From assembly GCA_963753435.1 (NCBI GenBank), contig CAVWCF010000001.1:960001-1024000 (forward strand): DNA of 64,000 nt. Direction: 5' to 3'. The notes beneath the pieces were generated by a model that was not told where the DNA came from, did no database searches, and worked only from the letters and a program-made list of their open reading frames with translations. A program made the translations under genes and the position numbers. Position 1 is the first letter of the stretch; every line of letters starts with the position of its first letter. Below are positions 1-9,675 of the stretch, piece after piece. This DNA comes from an uncultured Actinomycetota bacterium (lineage in GTDB: Bacteria; Actinomycetota; Actinomycetes; CAVWCF01).

Positions 1-715
1 GGGCGGTTCGTCCCCCGTACAGGCTCAGCCCGCGCACGTACTCATGCGCGTCATAAACCCAGGGTGTCTGCCTGCCGGCCCGTTCCGCCCGGACGGCGGC
101 ATTGGCGGCCACCAGCAGCAGGTCGGCATCATGGGAATGGATCAGATCCGGCTGCAGCGAATCGATGACGGCCGCGTATGAGGTCTCGTAGTCGTACACC
201 TGCGGTACCACCCGACCCCAGACGACCGGCCACGTCAGCCGGGCCATCAACCCGTCGTAGGCACGCCAGGACTTCGTCCAGACCTTGGCGAAGCCGCGCT
301 GCCCGGCTCGGCGGGCGCGCAACCACTGACCGCGCAACTGCCACCAGCGCCGACGCAGTCGCCGCCGCTCAATGCCGGCCCTGGTGTACTCCAGTCGCGC
401 CCGGGCGCGGACGGCCTGCTCCTCGGCGGGTGTTCGGTAGCCGACCAGGTTCGGCGGCCTGCGACGACGCCCGCGCGCGGCATTGCGTGCGTCCCGAGAG
501 CGCCAGGAGATGGGTATTCGCAGGACGGTTACTGGCCCCATGTTCCGGGTGCTGCGCCGACCATCCGAGGCGTACGCGATCAGCGTGACACGCGCGCCCA
601 ACCTGGCTGCCGACAGCGCCGTCTTGCGGATTCGGGTGTCCGCGGCGACGTCGTTGCCGGCCAGCATCACCACATGCGGTTGCACGGTCTCGCGGGCCAC
701 GTCCGGGTCGGTCAC
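1..715 (-). CDS. Glycosyltransferase family 4 (GT-B), N-terminal part; runs off the left edge
   Basis: Not in the ORF track. Manual translation from GTG at 715 gives MTDPDVARETVQPHVVMLAGNDVAADTRIRK...LQPDLIHSHD...WVYDAHEY, typical GT4 N-domain motifs, with no stop before position 1. Confidence 0.8.
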   Translation of the reverse strand, partial: MTDPDVARETVQPHVVMLAGNDVAADTRIRKTALSAARLGARVTLIAYASDGRRSTRNMGPVTVLRIPISWRSRDARNAARGRRRRPPNLVGYRTPAEEQAVRARARLEYTRAGIERRRLRRRWWQLRGQWLRARRAGQRGFAKVWTKSWRAYDGLMARLTWPVVWGRVVPQVYDYETSYAAVIDSLQPDLIHSHDADLLLVAANAAVRAERAGRQTPWVYDAHEYVRGLSLYGGRTA

Positions 716-725
716 GTCGGGAAAC

Positions 726-1241
726 CTATGCGGCGCCGCCGGGTCCACCCGACAGCGCCTCGCGGTCGAGACCGGAGCGCAGGTCGGCGTTCGGACTCAG
801 TCGGGCCAAGTGCCAGACCACGGGCCAGGCCGCTGCGGTCGTGGGGATGATCTGCGTCAACGTACCCGGGTCGATGGCGCGCAAGTAGTGCCTGCGGACA
901 ACGGCCCAGTCAAGCTGTGGCAGGACCGCTTCGACCGCCTTCGTGCCACGGAGGCCGGGCCACCAAGGAGCGGTTCGCAGCGGCGACTGCCGACGCACCA
1001 GCTTTGCCGCGACCGAGCGCGGATCTGCGGCCAACGGTGCGATCGGCAGTGTCGAGGGATAGCGGGCGGCGGTGTCGAAGACGCGCACACCTCTGGGCAG
1101 GTCCGGCCAGCCCTGCTTGTCGCGTCGAATCAACAACGCCTCCCCTCCAGCCCGTACTACTCGGCCGAGGTCGTTGACCATCTGCGGGCGTCGGTGGTCC
1201 TCGAGAGCGACCACGAGAACCCGGGCTCGCGCCGCGTTCAC
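726..1241 (-). CDS. Hypothetical Arg-rich protein, possibly a stand-alone GT-B N-domain-like module
   Basis: 171-aa ORF, GTGA-coupled to the upstream GT, ending 11 bp before the next gene. Confidence 0.6.
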   Translation of the reverse strand: MNAARARVLVVALEDHRRPQMVNDLGRVVRAGGEALLIRRDKQGWPDLPRGVRVFDTAARYPSTLPIAPLAADPRSVAAKLVRRQSPLRTAPWWPGLRGTKAVEAVLPQLDWAVVRRHYLRAIDPGTLTQIIPTTAAAWPVVWHLARLSPNADLRSGLDREALSGGPGGAA

Positions 1242-2542
1242 AAGTCACCTTCGGCGGTTCGAACCAACCACTCCGCATGCGGGGTGACGGTGGCCGACCA
1301 GGTGTGGCGGGCAGCCAGCCGCCGGGTGGCGGCGACCTGCTCGTCAGTGCGCGCGACCGCGAGTCCAGCAAGCCGGGAGAAACCGTCCGCCACCTCGCCG
1401 GGAGACAACCCAGTCACCCCGCAATACAGCGGTGACTCGGCGAAGACCCGGCTCGTGTCATTCTCCGGGCCGTAAGCACCCAGCACCGGAAGGCCGGAGC
1501 CGAGGTAGTCGTACGCCTTGGCGGAAGTCACATATCCGGAAGTAGGCAGCGTCAGCAGGAGCGCGTCGAACCGGGCGTAGGTAGCGGCCAATTGCGGATG
1601 CGGAACCGAGCCCCCGTAACTGACGCCGTCGTCGGCGTAGCTGCTGATGATCGCACCGGCGGGATCACCACCAGAACGCCAGAACCCCAGGTGACCGTGC
1701 AAGACCAACGTGGCCTGCGACCCCGCCGCGGTATTCCGGAAGAGACGCCAACCGGCCAGGACTTCGGCCAACGGCAGGTCCGGACGGATGGTCCCCACGT
1801 AGCCGACGGACAGGGGGCCGGACGGGGGCGGCCGCAGCGGCGTATTGAGGATCGCGGCGTCGAAGCCGTTCTCCATGACAACGATCCGGTCCGCCGCTTG
1901 CGGGTAGCGGTCGCGGTACCACTGGGCCAGGGCCTCGTTGACGGTGATCGTCCGCGCGGCGCGGCCGATGATCTTGCTTTCCCACGCCCAGGCCCGGTCT
2001 TGCGGGGCGAAGCGATCACGGCCGGTGAACTGGTCCATGGTCCAGGCGTCCCGGTAGTCGACGACCGAGGGGATGCGCAGGGCCCGGGCCACCGAATGCG
2101 CAGCGCCCAGCGACACGTACGGCCCCCCGGTGGCGAGCACGAGGTCTACCGGTCGCCGCCGATGCTCGCGCAGGGCCGACTGCACCAAGATGGGCAGTGC
2201 GTGCCCGTACCGCTCCGGGAAGGCCGTCCGAGCCGCTCGCTCCCAGAAGGCCGAGTGCAATCGAGGCATGTTCCCCCGAGTCCAGGACATGGCGCGGAAG
2301 TCGGTGACCAAGTGCTGGTGTGGGAACCGGAAGTGCACCACTCGGACCTTGGGGCTGACTTCGGTGGCTGCGTCCCGATCGATGCCGGTCAGGTCGTCGT
2401 AGAAGGAATGGTCCACCGCCAGTGCCGTGACGTCCGCCCCGGCCTCGACCAGAGCGTTGGCCCAGGCCCTGATCCGGTTGACGCCGCTGCCCCGGGCCGG
2501 CGGGAAGTGAAACGGAAGCATGAGGACATGCGGTTGCCTCAT
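1238..2542 (-). CDS. Glycosyltransferase family 4
   Basis: Motifs FHFPPARGSGVNR, VVDYRDAWT, NGFD and TSAKAYDYLGSGLPV; paralogous to 9676..11007. Confidence 0.85.
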   Translation of the reverse strand: MRQPHVLMLPFHFPPARGSGVNRIRAWANALVEAGADVTALAVDHSFYDDLTGIDRDAATEVSPKVRVVHFRFPHQHLVTDFRAMSWTRGNMPRLHSAFWERAARTAFPERYGHALPILVQSALREHRRRPVDLVLATGGPYVSLGAAHSVARALRIPSVVDYRDAWTMDQFTGRDRFAPQDRAWAWESKIIGRAARTITVNEALAQWYRDRYPQAADRIVVMENGFDAAILNTPLRPPPSGPLSVGYVGTIRPDLPLAEVLAGWRLFRNTAAGSQATLVLHGHLGFWRSGGDPAGAIISSYADDGVSYGGSVPHPQLAATYARFDALLLTLPTSGYVTSAKAYDYLGSGLPVLGAYGPENDTSRVFAESPLYCGVTGLSPGEVADGFSRLAGLAVARTDEQVAATRRLAARHTWSATVTPHAEWLVRTAEGDL

Positions 2543-4404
2543 CGCCCACCTCCGGTCCCCGAAGACAAGAAGCTCGCCAGCGCTTCCGCTGCCGCGTCGC
2601 CATTGTGGAACCGTGCCACGAAGTCCCGGCCCGCTTCGCCCCGGCTGCGCAATATCTCCGGGTCGGCCAGCAGCGCCTCCATCTGCGCCGCCAACGTCTC
2701 CGGGTTGGCTTCAACGATGGGTACCTCCGCCGGGGAACGCTCCCGCAGGGTGGCCCCGACGTTTCCCACCACACACCTGCCCATAGCCATGGCCTCACAG
2801 GCCAAGTGGCCGTACAAACCCAGCAGCACCTGGTCCACCACCACGTCGGCGTCGGCGATGGTGGCCGCCACCTCTGCCGGTGTGATGCCTTGCAGTCGGC
2901 GGTAGCGAATGCGGCCCGCCTCGGCCAGGGGCTGCAGCACCGCTTCGATCGCTGCGGTTCCCTTGAGCACGGGGTTCGACGGCGCGTGCACCACCAGCGG
3001 TGGTTCGGAGGTGGTCAGCGGTCGCGTCGTCGGCAGTCGGTTCATATCGACGGTGACCGGCAACCACGTTGCTTTCGGTACGTAGTCCAGAAGGTCGAGC
3101 GTGGAGACGAAGGTAGGACCATCGAACCCATCCAGCAGCGCCAGGAGTTGGTCGCACTTGGCCTGCAGCGTGGCGGTGTAGGGGTCATCGGGATCTGCGA
3201 AAGGTGAGAAGGCGTGGGCGTCGCGGTGCCGACGCGGATCGCGAACCTCCGAACCATGAAAGACGAGCCCGACGTGAATTCCCGCGTCACGCATCTCCTC
3301 GACGTCGCCACGGAAATCAGATCCGTTCAGCGTCCCGAACAGTGGGCGTCCCGCCTCGACCAGGGCGTGCGTCCAAGTGGACAGACATTCAGTGCGCAAG
3401 CGCTCCTGCCAGGCGCGGTCCCGGGCGAAGACCTCCGCGGTGACGACCTCGTCCGCCGCATACGCGAACGCTCCCGCCTGGATCGCAACCACGCGGGTGT
3501 CCAGTCCGAACGCCCTGTTCGCAGCGCCCGTCCAGGCAGCAGCCTGGCCGGCGGAGTTCGTTGGCCCCATACCGAACAGCGGTCCCGACACCGAACGAGC
3601 CGGCAGCGGCAATCGCTCCGGTTCGTCCCATGCGGGTCGCTCGGTCGCTTCGGTGAGGTCTGCGCCAAAACGATGGCAAATTTCGAGAACGTGCTCCCCC
3701 GCGGCCCTTGCATCGGTGTCGGCTGCAATGACTCCGTCCACAGCGGCGGCCATTCGGTTCGTCAGCCGCTCGGTCACGTCCGCGCCCAGCCATGAGCGAC
3801 CAGCCGCGAGGGGTGCGGAGTCGTACAGAACCCGGAGGCGCCGACCTCGGCTGACAGCACGAGCCTTAGCCCGGGCGGCCGGCACGAGGAACTCCGCACC
3901 GGCCTGGACGAAGTCAGGTTCCAGGGAGTCAATCTCGCTTGCTACCGCTGTCTCAAGATCGAGAGCTTGGGCGATGTCCCTATCGCTACGGGCCCAACCC
4001 CATTCGGAGAACAGTTGGTTGCTGGGCCATCGCCGGGCAATGCGCAGACGCAGATCCCACCAGGATCTGGCCAACCGGCGGTGCTCCAAACCCGCCCACT
4101 GCCGCTTGAGGCCCATCACCCGAATCGCAGTGCTCTCCCGATGCCCACTCGATTCGGATTCAGACGACCCCGCCGCGGTTGCCCCGCTACCCCAATCACG
4201 GAACTTGTGGCCAAGCGGTACCCGCCGAATGCGCACCGTGCCCAAGCGGGTCTCCCCGCGGTGGCCACCGGGAGTTGTGATCAGGATCGTGACGGCTAGG
4301 CCACGCCTTGCCAAATCCGTGGCAATCCGTCGGACCCGGTCATCGGGCTGGGCATCCCCCAGCGCGAGCAGGACCACGCGCGCGGGGGCGGGTAGCCCGG
4401 TCAC
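2539..4404 (-). CDS. Two-part glycosyltransferase (degenerate GT4-like N-domain plus GT-B enzyme)
   Basis: C-terminal HAPSNPVLKGT and DVVVDQVLLGLYGHLACEAMAMG; the N-terminus resembles the 1..715 protein. Confidence 0.75.
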   Translation of the reverse strand: MTGLPAPARVVLLALGDAQPDDRVRRIATDLARRGLAVTILITTPGGHRGETRLGTVRIRRVPLGHKFRDWGSGATAAGSSESESSGHRESTAIRVMGLKRQWAGLEHRRLARSWWDLRLRIARRWPSNQLFSEWGWARSDRDIAQALDLETAVASEIDSLEPDFVQAGAEFLVPAARAKARAVSRGRRLRVLYDSAPLAAGRSWLGADVTERLTNRMAAAVDGVIAADTDARAAGEHVLEICHRFGADLTEATERPAWDEPERLPLPARSVSGPLFGMGPTNSAGQAAAWTGAANRAFGLDTRVVAIQAGAFAYAADEVVTAEVFARDRAWQERLRTECLSTWTHALVEAGRPLFGTLNGSDFRGDVEEMRDAGIHVGLVFHGSEVRDPRRHRDAHAFSPFADPDDPYTATLQAKCDQLLALLDGFDGPTFVSTLDLLDYVPKATWLPVTVDMNRLPTTRPLTTSEPPLVVHAPSNPVLKGTAAIEAVLQPLAEAGRIRYRRLQGITPAEVAATIADADVVVDQVLLGLYGHLACEAMAMGRCVVGNVGATLRERSPAEVPIVEANPETLAAQMEALLADPEILRSRGEAGRDFVARFHNGDAAAEALASFLSSGTGGGR

Positions 4405-5693
4405 GCCTCGCCGATGACGCGCCTCACCACACCCGGGAACCTGCTGGCCTCGGTGACACCGCGACCATCCACCAAGGCCTTCAGGCCGGGTAGGTCCGCG
4501 ACGGCCAACTCCCGGTACTCCGGGTGGTCGGCCTGAAGCACCGCGGCGTCCGCCGGCTCGCCCAGGTGGTACGGGGTGAAGCCCAGATCCGCCAACTCCG
4601 CATCGGAGTACATCGGGTCGTGCACAGCCACGTGCGCGCCACGCTGCGCCAAGGCCGCGACGGTCGGGAAGACCCCGGAGAAGGCCGTCTCCTTCACACC
4701 ACCCCGGTAGGAGGCGCCGAGAACCACCACGCGCTGATTCGTGAGGTCGCCCATGGCCTCAACAAGCAACTCCGTCGCGTACGACGGCATGGCCATGTTG
4801 GCCTCGCGGGCGGCACGCACCACCGTGGCGTCTGGGTCGTTGAACAAGTACAGACGCGGGTAGACCGGGATGCAGTGACCGCCGACAGCGATGCCCGGCC
4901 GATGAATGTGGCTGTAGGGCTGGGAGTTGGACGCGTCGATCACCTTGTGCACATCGATCCCGTGCTCGGCGGCGAACCGGGCGAACTGGTTGGCCAGCCC
5001 AATGTTCACATCGCGGTACGTGGTCTCGGCCAGTTTCGCCATCTCCGCGGCCTCGGCCGAACCCAGGTCCCAGACACCGTTGGGGCTGGCCAGATCCGGA
5101 CGGTCGTCGAACTGCAGGACCGCCTCGTAGAAATCCCGGGCCCGGTCGGCACCGGCTGGCGCCAGCCCGCCGATCAACTTCGGGTACTTGCGCAAGTCGG
5201 CGAAGACGCGGCCGGTCAGCACGCGCTCCGGCGAGAAGACCAGATGGAAATCCGTGCCCTCGACCAGTCCGGAACCTTCTTCGAGCATCGGCTTCCACCG
5301 CGTCCGGGTGGTCCCGACCGGCAGCGTCGTTTCGTAGGAGACCAGCGTTCCTGGGGTCAGGTTCGCCGCGATGCTGCGGGTCGCCGAGTCCATCCAGCCG
5401 AAGTCGGGCTGCCAGGTTTCGTCGTTTACGAAGAGCGGCACGACCACGACCACGGCGTCCGCGCCAGGAACAGCCTGGGCGTAGTCGGTGGTGGCGGTGA
5501 GCAATCCGGAGCCCACTACGTCGGCCAGGTACTCGCCCAGGTGCGCCTCGCCCGGGAAGGGCTCGACGCCACCGGCCACTGCCGCGACCAGGTCCGGGTT
5601 GATGTCGACCCCGACCACCTGATGGCCGGACCGGGCGAACTGAACCGCCAGCGGTAGCCCGATCTTGCCCAGCGCGACAACCGCGATCTTCAC
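4401..5693 (-). CDS. UDP-N-acetylhexosamine 6-dehydrogenase (WbpA/WecC family)
   Basis: GTG start after a GAGAGG SD; Rossmann VVALGKIG, FSPERV and catalytic GGHCIP. Confidence 0.9.
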   Translation of the reverse strand: MKIAVVALGKIGLPLAVQFARSGHQVVGVDINPDLVAAVAGGVEPFPGEAHLGEYLADVVGSGLLTATTDYAQAVPGADAVVVVVPLFVNDETWQPDFGWMDSATRSIAANLTPGTLVSYETTLPVGTTRTRWKPMLEEGSGLVEGTDFHLVFSPERVLTGRVFADLRKYPKLIGGLAPAGADRARDFYEAVLQFDDRPDLASPNGVWDLGSAEAAEMAKLAETTYRDVNIGLANQFARFAAEHGIDVHKVIDASNSQPYSHIHRPGIAVGGHCIPVYPRLYLFNDPDATVVRAAREANMAMPSYATELLVEAMGDLTNQRVVVLGASYRGGVKETAFSGVFPTVAALAQRGAHVAVHDPMYSDAELADLGFTPYHLGEPADAAVLQADHPEYRELAVADLPGLKALVDGRGVTEASRFPGVVRRVIGEA

Positions 5694-5774
5694 CCGTGGC
5701 CCTCTCTTTCGGTGATGGGAGGTTACCCGGCGCGCTACCCTCCCCCGCACTCTTCGGGACACAGGAGGGCCTTT
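5694..5774. promoter_or_regulatory. Compact divergent promoter region between the dehydrogenase and the epimerase
   Basis: 81-bp gap with -10-like TAACCT (minus, 5720-5725) and TACCCT (plus, 5736-5741), and an SD on each side. Confidence 0.4.
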
Positions 5775-6836
5775 GTGAAGGTCTTGAGCGTCGTGGGCGC
5801 CCGACCGCAGTTCGTCAAACTCGCTCCGGTGGCCGAGGCGGTGACGCGGGCCGGACATCAGCATGTGATCGTCCACACCGGGCAGCACTACGACGCACGC
5901 ATGAGCGACGTCTTCTTCGCCGATCTGGCCATCCCGGATCCTGATGTGCACCTCGGCGTCGGGTCCGGCAGCCACGGAGTGCAAACCGGCTCCATGCTCG
6001 CCGCAATGGACGCCGTCCTCGACGAGCACCGCCCCGATTGGGTCCTTGTCTACGGTGACACGAACTCCACCCTCGCCGGCGCGCTGTCCGCGGTGAAGGT
6101 CCACATCCCCGTGGCGCACCTGGAAGCCGGCTTGCGATCCTTCAACCGCCGCATGCCCGAGGAGCACAACCGGGTCCTGACCGACCATGCCGCCGATCTG
6201 CTGCTGGCGCCGACGCAGGTCGCGATGGGTCACTTGGATGCCGAAGGGCTGGCCGCAAGGTCGGTGCTGGTCGGCGACGTGATGACCGACGTCTGCTACC
6301 GCGTCCGGGACGCCGTCCTGACCGAGCAGCCCCTACCGCCAGCGGGACTGGCATCGGGCGACTACCTCGTCGCCACCATGCATCGGGCGGAGAACACCGA
6401 CGACCCGGCTCGGCTGCGAGCGGTCGTCGACGCCTTGGCGGGCCTACCCGTTCCGGTCCTGCTCCTGGCCCATCCGCGCCTGGTGACCCGCTGTCACGAG
6501 TTCGGCATCCCGCTGGACGGCGGGGCCCTGCGCACCAGCGAGCCACTCAGCTACCCCGACATGGTGGCGGCGGTGCTGCAATCACGTGGCGTCGTGACCG
6601 ACTCCGGGGGGCTGCAGAAGGAGGCCTACCTACTGCAGCGGCCCTGCACGACGGTCCGCACCGAAACTGAGTGGGTGGAAACCCTGGACGGCGGGTGGAA
6701 CGTCCTTACGCCGGACCCCGCTGACGTGCAGGAGCACGCACTCCGCCCTGCCCCAGCTGCACCTACCGGCCATCCGTACGGCGACGGGCACGCCGGCGGT
6801 CGAGTGGTCCAAGCGCTCAGCGACCGAACTCGCTGA
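5775..6836 (+). CDS. wecB: Non-hydrolysing UDP-GlcNAc(3NAcA) 2-epimerase (WecB/WbpI family)
   Basis: AGGAGG SD then GTG; motifs VVGARPQFVK, HTGQHYD, GDTNST, HLEAGLRS and TDSGGLQKEA. Confidence 0.9.
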   Translation: MKVLSVVGARPQFVKLAPVAEAVTRAGHQHVIVHTGQHYDARMSDVFFADLAIPDPDVHLGVGSGSHGVQTGSMLAAMDAVLDEHRPDWVLVYGDTNSTLAGALSAVKVHIPVAHLEAGLRSFNRRMPEEHNRVLTDHAADLLLAPTQVAMGHLDAEGLAARSVLVGDVMTDVCYRVRDAVLTEQPLPPAGLASGDYLVATMHRAENTDDPARLRAVVDALAGLPVPVLLLAHPRLVTRCHEFGIPLDGGALRTSEPLSYPDMVAAVLQSRGVVTDSGGLQKEAYLLQRPCTTVRTETEWVETLDGGWNVLTPDPADVQEHALRPAPAAPTGHPYGDGHAGGRVVQALSDRTR

Positions 6837-6907
6837 CTGCAGCCGGCGCCGGCCGGAACCCAGACTTTCGATGTGTCCGGCGTCTGGCGACGGCGGTCGC
6901 GGCGGCG

Positions 6908-7909
6908 CTAGTTCGGCTGTATGACGCTGACGGTGGACCCGGTGTTGGCGGACTCGATGCAGGCCTCGGCTACGGCAACTGTCGCCAGCCCCTGGCGCAT
7001 GGTCACGATGTCTGCATCTTTGCCGAGGACCGCGTCCCGGAACGCCTCGTGCTCGGTGCGCAACGGCTCAGCTTTCGCGAATGCGTAACGGATCATGTCG
7101 CCCTCGGAAACGCCGCGGAACTTGGCGATCGCGTCCCACTCGGTCGCGACCGACCCGTTGGCGAAGAAGGTGAGGTCCGCAGTCAGCGTGTCCGCCACGA
7201 AGGTGCCCCGCTCACCAGTGACCACCGTCACCCGCTCCTTCATCGGCGACAGCCAGTTGACCAGGTGATTGGTGACCGTCCCGTCCGCCAACTGACCGAC
7301 CACTGCCACCAGGTCCTCGTGCGAACGGCCCGACTTGTGGGCCACGCGCGCGGCAACCGCGGTGAAGGGCTGCTGGGCAACCCAGGCCGTCAGGTCGATG
7401 TCGTGGGTGGCCAGGTCCTTGACCACCCCGACGTCGGCGATGCGAGCCGGGAAGGGGCCCTGTCGACGGGTGACGATCTGGTAAACGGCGCCGAGGTCAC
7501 CCTCGGCCAGGCGACGCCGCAGCTGCTGCAGGGCAGGGTTGTAACGCTCGATGTGCCCCACGGCCCCGACCAGACCCGCGGCGTCGAACGCGTCTGCGAC
7601 CCGGGCAGCGGATTCGGTGTCAGGCGCCAGCGGCTTCTCGATCATGGCGTGGACGCCGGCCTCGGCCAGGGCCAAGGCAACTGACTCGTGATACGCCGTG
7701 GGTACGGCCACCATGCAGTAGTCGATGCCGGTGGCGATCAGGTCTTCCACGCTGGACAGCACCGGCAGCCCGGCGGCCACTCCGTGCACGTCGCCGCCCG
7801 GATCGGCAACGGCCACAAGCTCGACACCGTCAAGCGCCCGCAACACCCGGCCGTGGTGCCTGCCCATCATGCCCAGGCCGATGAGGCCGGCCCGCAGGTT
7901 GCTGCTCAT
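6908..7909 (-). CDS. Gfo/Idh/MocA oxidoreductase (WbpB/WlbA-like UDP-sugar 3-dehydrogenase)
   Basis: Motifs GLIGLGMMG, IEKP, GHIERYNP and DLATHDID; operon context. Confidence 0.85.
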   Translation of the reverse strand: MSSNLRAGLIGLGMMGRHHGRVLRALDGVELVAVADPGGDVHGVAAGLPVLSSVEDLIATGIDYCMVAVPTAYHESVALALAEAGVHAMIEKPLAPDTESAARVADAFDAAGLVGAVGHIERYNPALQQLRRRLAEGDLGAVYQIVTRRQGPFPARIADVGVVKDLATHDIDLTAWVAQQPFTAVAARVAHKSGRSHEDLVAVVGQLADGTVTNHLVNWLSPMKERVTVVTGERGTFVADTLTADLTFFANGSVATEWDAIAKFRGVSEGDMIRYAFAKAEPLRTEHEAFRDAVLGKDADIVTMRQGLATVAVAEACIESANTGSTVSVIQPN

Positions 7910-8997
7910 GCGCCGGCCTTTGCCAGCGCGTTGACGCCGTTGACGATGCGTTCAAGATCCCCATCCGACAGGGCCGGATGCACCGGCAGGCTCAGCACCT
8001 CAGCGGCCGCGCGCTCCGTCTCCGGCAGATCAAGCGTCAGCCCGAACGACGGCAGGCGGTGGTTGGGGATTGGGTAGTACACCCCGCTGCCGACGCCGTG
8101 TTCGCTCGCAAGTGCCGCCGCGAACGCGTCGCGATCTCCGGGGACGCGGATCGTGTACTGGTGGTAGACGTGCACCGCCCCGTCCGCAACCGCGGGCGTG
8201 ATCACGCCATCGAGGTTCTCGTCCAAGAAGGCGGCGTTGGCCTGGCGACGGGCCGTCCAGCCAGGCAGCTTGCCCAACTGCACCCGGCCGATCGCGGCGT
8301 GCACGTCCGTCATTCGGGCGTTGAAGCCGACGACCTCGTTCTCGTAGCGCCGCTCCATGCCCTGATTGCGCAGCAGCCGGACCATGCGGGCCACGTCCTC
8401 CGTGGCACACGCGACCATGCCACCTTCACCGGAGGTCATGTTCTTAGTCGGATAGAGGCTGAACATGGCGAACGTGCCGAAGGAGCCGACGGGTTGCCCG
8501 GCCAAGGCGGCGCCGTGTGCCTGGGCCGCGTCCTCGTAGATCTGGATGCCGTGTTTGGCAGCGATGGCGGTCAAGGCGGTCATGTCCGCGGGGTGGCCGT
8601 AGAGATGGACCGGCATGACACCCACGGTGCGCTCGGTAATGGCGGCCTCGACCGCAGCCGGGGACAGGCAGTAGTGGTCCGGCTCGATGTCGGCGAACAC
8701 CGGGGTGGCCCCGGTCAGCGCGACGGAATTGGCAGTCGCGGCGAATGTGAAGGACGGGACGATGACCTCGTCGCCGGGGCCGACGCCGGCTGCCAACAGG
8801 CCGAGGTGCTGGCCCGAGGTGCCCGAGTTGACGGCTACGCAGGTGCGCCCTCCGACCAGGGCGTCGGCGAACTCAGCCTCGAAAGCGGCGACCTCCGGGC
8901 CCTGCGCGATCATCCCGCTGCGCAGGACGCGGTCAACGGCCGCGCGCTCGTCATCGCCGATCAACGGCTTTGCAGCCGGGATCATCTCCAGCGTCAT
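7906..8997 (-). CDS. DegT/DnrJ/EryC1/StrS aminotransferase (WbpE-like)
   Basis: Motifs NSGTSG, EDAAQAHG and the PLP-lysine FSLYPTKNM; ATGA-coupled start. Confidence 0.9.
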   Translation of the reverse strand: MTLEMIPAAKPLIGDDERAAVDRVLRSGMIAQGPEVAAFEAEFADALVGGRTCVAVNSGTSGQHLGLLAAGVGPGDEVIVPSFTFAATANSVALTGATPVFADIEPDHYCLSPAAVEAAITERTVGVMPVHLYGHPADMTALTAIAAKHGIQIYEDAAQAHGAALAGQPVGSFGTFAMFSLYPTKNMTSGEGGMVACATEDVARMVRLLRNQGMERRYENEVVGFNARMTDVHAAIGRVQLGKLPGWTARRQANAAFLDENLDGVITPAVADGAVHVYHQYTIRVPGDRDAFAAALASEHGVGSGVYYPIPNHRLPSFGLTLDLPETERAAAEVLSLPVHPALSDGDLERIVNGVNALAKAGA

Positions 8998-9587
8998 GCG
9001 TCCTCCTCGAGCAGCACGCCATCCTGCTCCCGGTAGTTGCGCCCCGTTCGCGGGCACGTCCAAGTACCTGAACCGGCATCGGTAAGCGGCTCGCCGGCAT
9101 GCCCAACCCAGCGAATCCGCTTGGCGGGAACGCCTGCGACCAGCGCGAAGTCCGGCACGTCGCGAGTGACAACCGATCCGGCGGCGACCATCGCCCACCT
9201 CCCGATGGTCACCGGGGCGACGCAGACCGCGCGGGCCCCGATGGATGCACCCGTACGGATCGTCACCCCGACCGGTTCCCAGTCGTCACCGGACTTGACG
9301 GTGCCATCCGGGTTGACCGACCTGGGGTAGTGGTCGTTGGTCAGAACCACGGCCGGACCGATGAACACGCCGGACTCCAGTTTCGCCGGCTCGTAGACCA
9401 GGGCGTAGTTCTGGATCTTCACGTTGTCGCCCACGTCAACGCCGGTTCCGACGTATGCACCGCGACCAACAACGCAGCCTTCGCCCAGTCGCGCGCCCTC
9501 GCGGATCTGGGCCAGATGCCAAACAGAGGTCCCCTCGCCCATGGCAACGTCATCGGCGACATCCGCAGACGGGTGCACGCGCGCCAT
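8994..9587 (-). CDS. Hexapeptide-repeat N-acetyltransferase (WbpD/WlbB-like)
   Basis: Left-handed beta-helix repeats, VFIGPAVVLTND and AGVPAKRI; GGAG SD before ATG at 9587. Confidence 0.88.
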   Translation of the reverse strand: MARVHPSADVADDVAMGEGTSVWHLAQIREGARLGEGCVVGRGAYVGTGVDVGDNVKIQNYALVYEPAKLESGVFIGPAVVLTNDHYPRSVNPDGTVKSGDDWEPVGVTIRTGASIGARAVCVAPVTIGRWAMVAAGSVVTRDVPDFALVAGVPAKRIRWVGHAGEPLTDAGSGTWTCPRTGRNYREQDGVLLEEDA

Positions 9588-9675
9588 GGGACTCCGATCG
9601 GCTGGGGGCAGGCGCATACGCTATACGAGCCGAGGAGCGATTCGGGCCGTCGTAGACGGCCGTAGCGGAGGTTTG

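Noticed and set aside
5694-6233. 610-aa N-terminally extended dehydrogenase ORF overlapping wecB, and similar extensions of pccB, DegT, GtrA and the mutase
   Set aside because: The extensions overlap real genes on the other strand; the true starts are marked by an SD or -10 element and by family N-termini.
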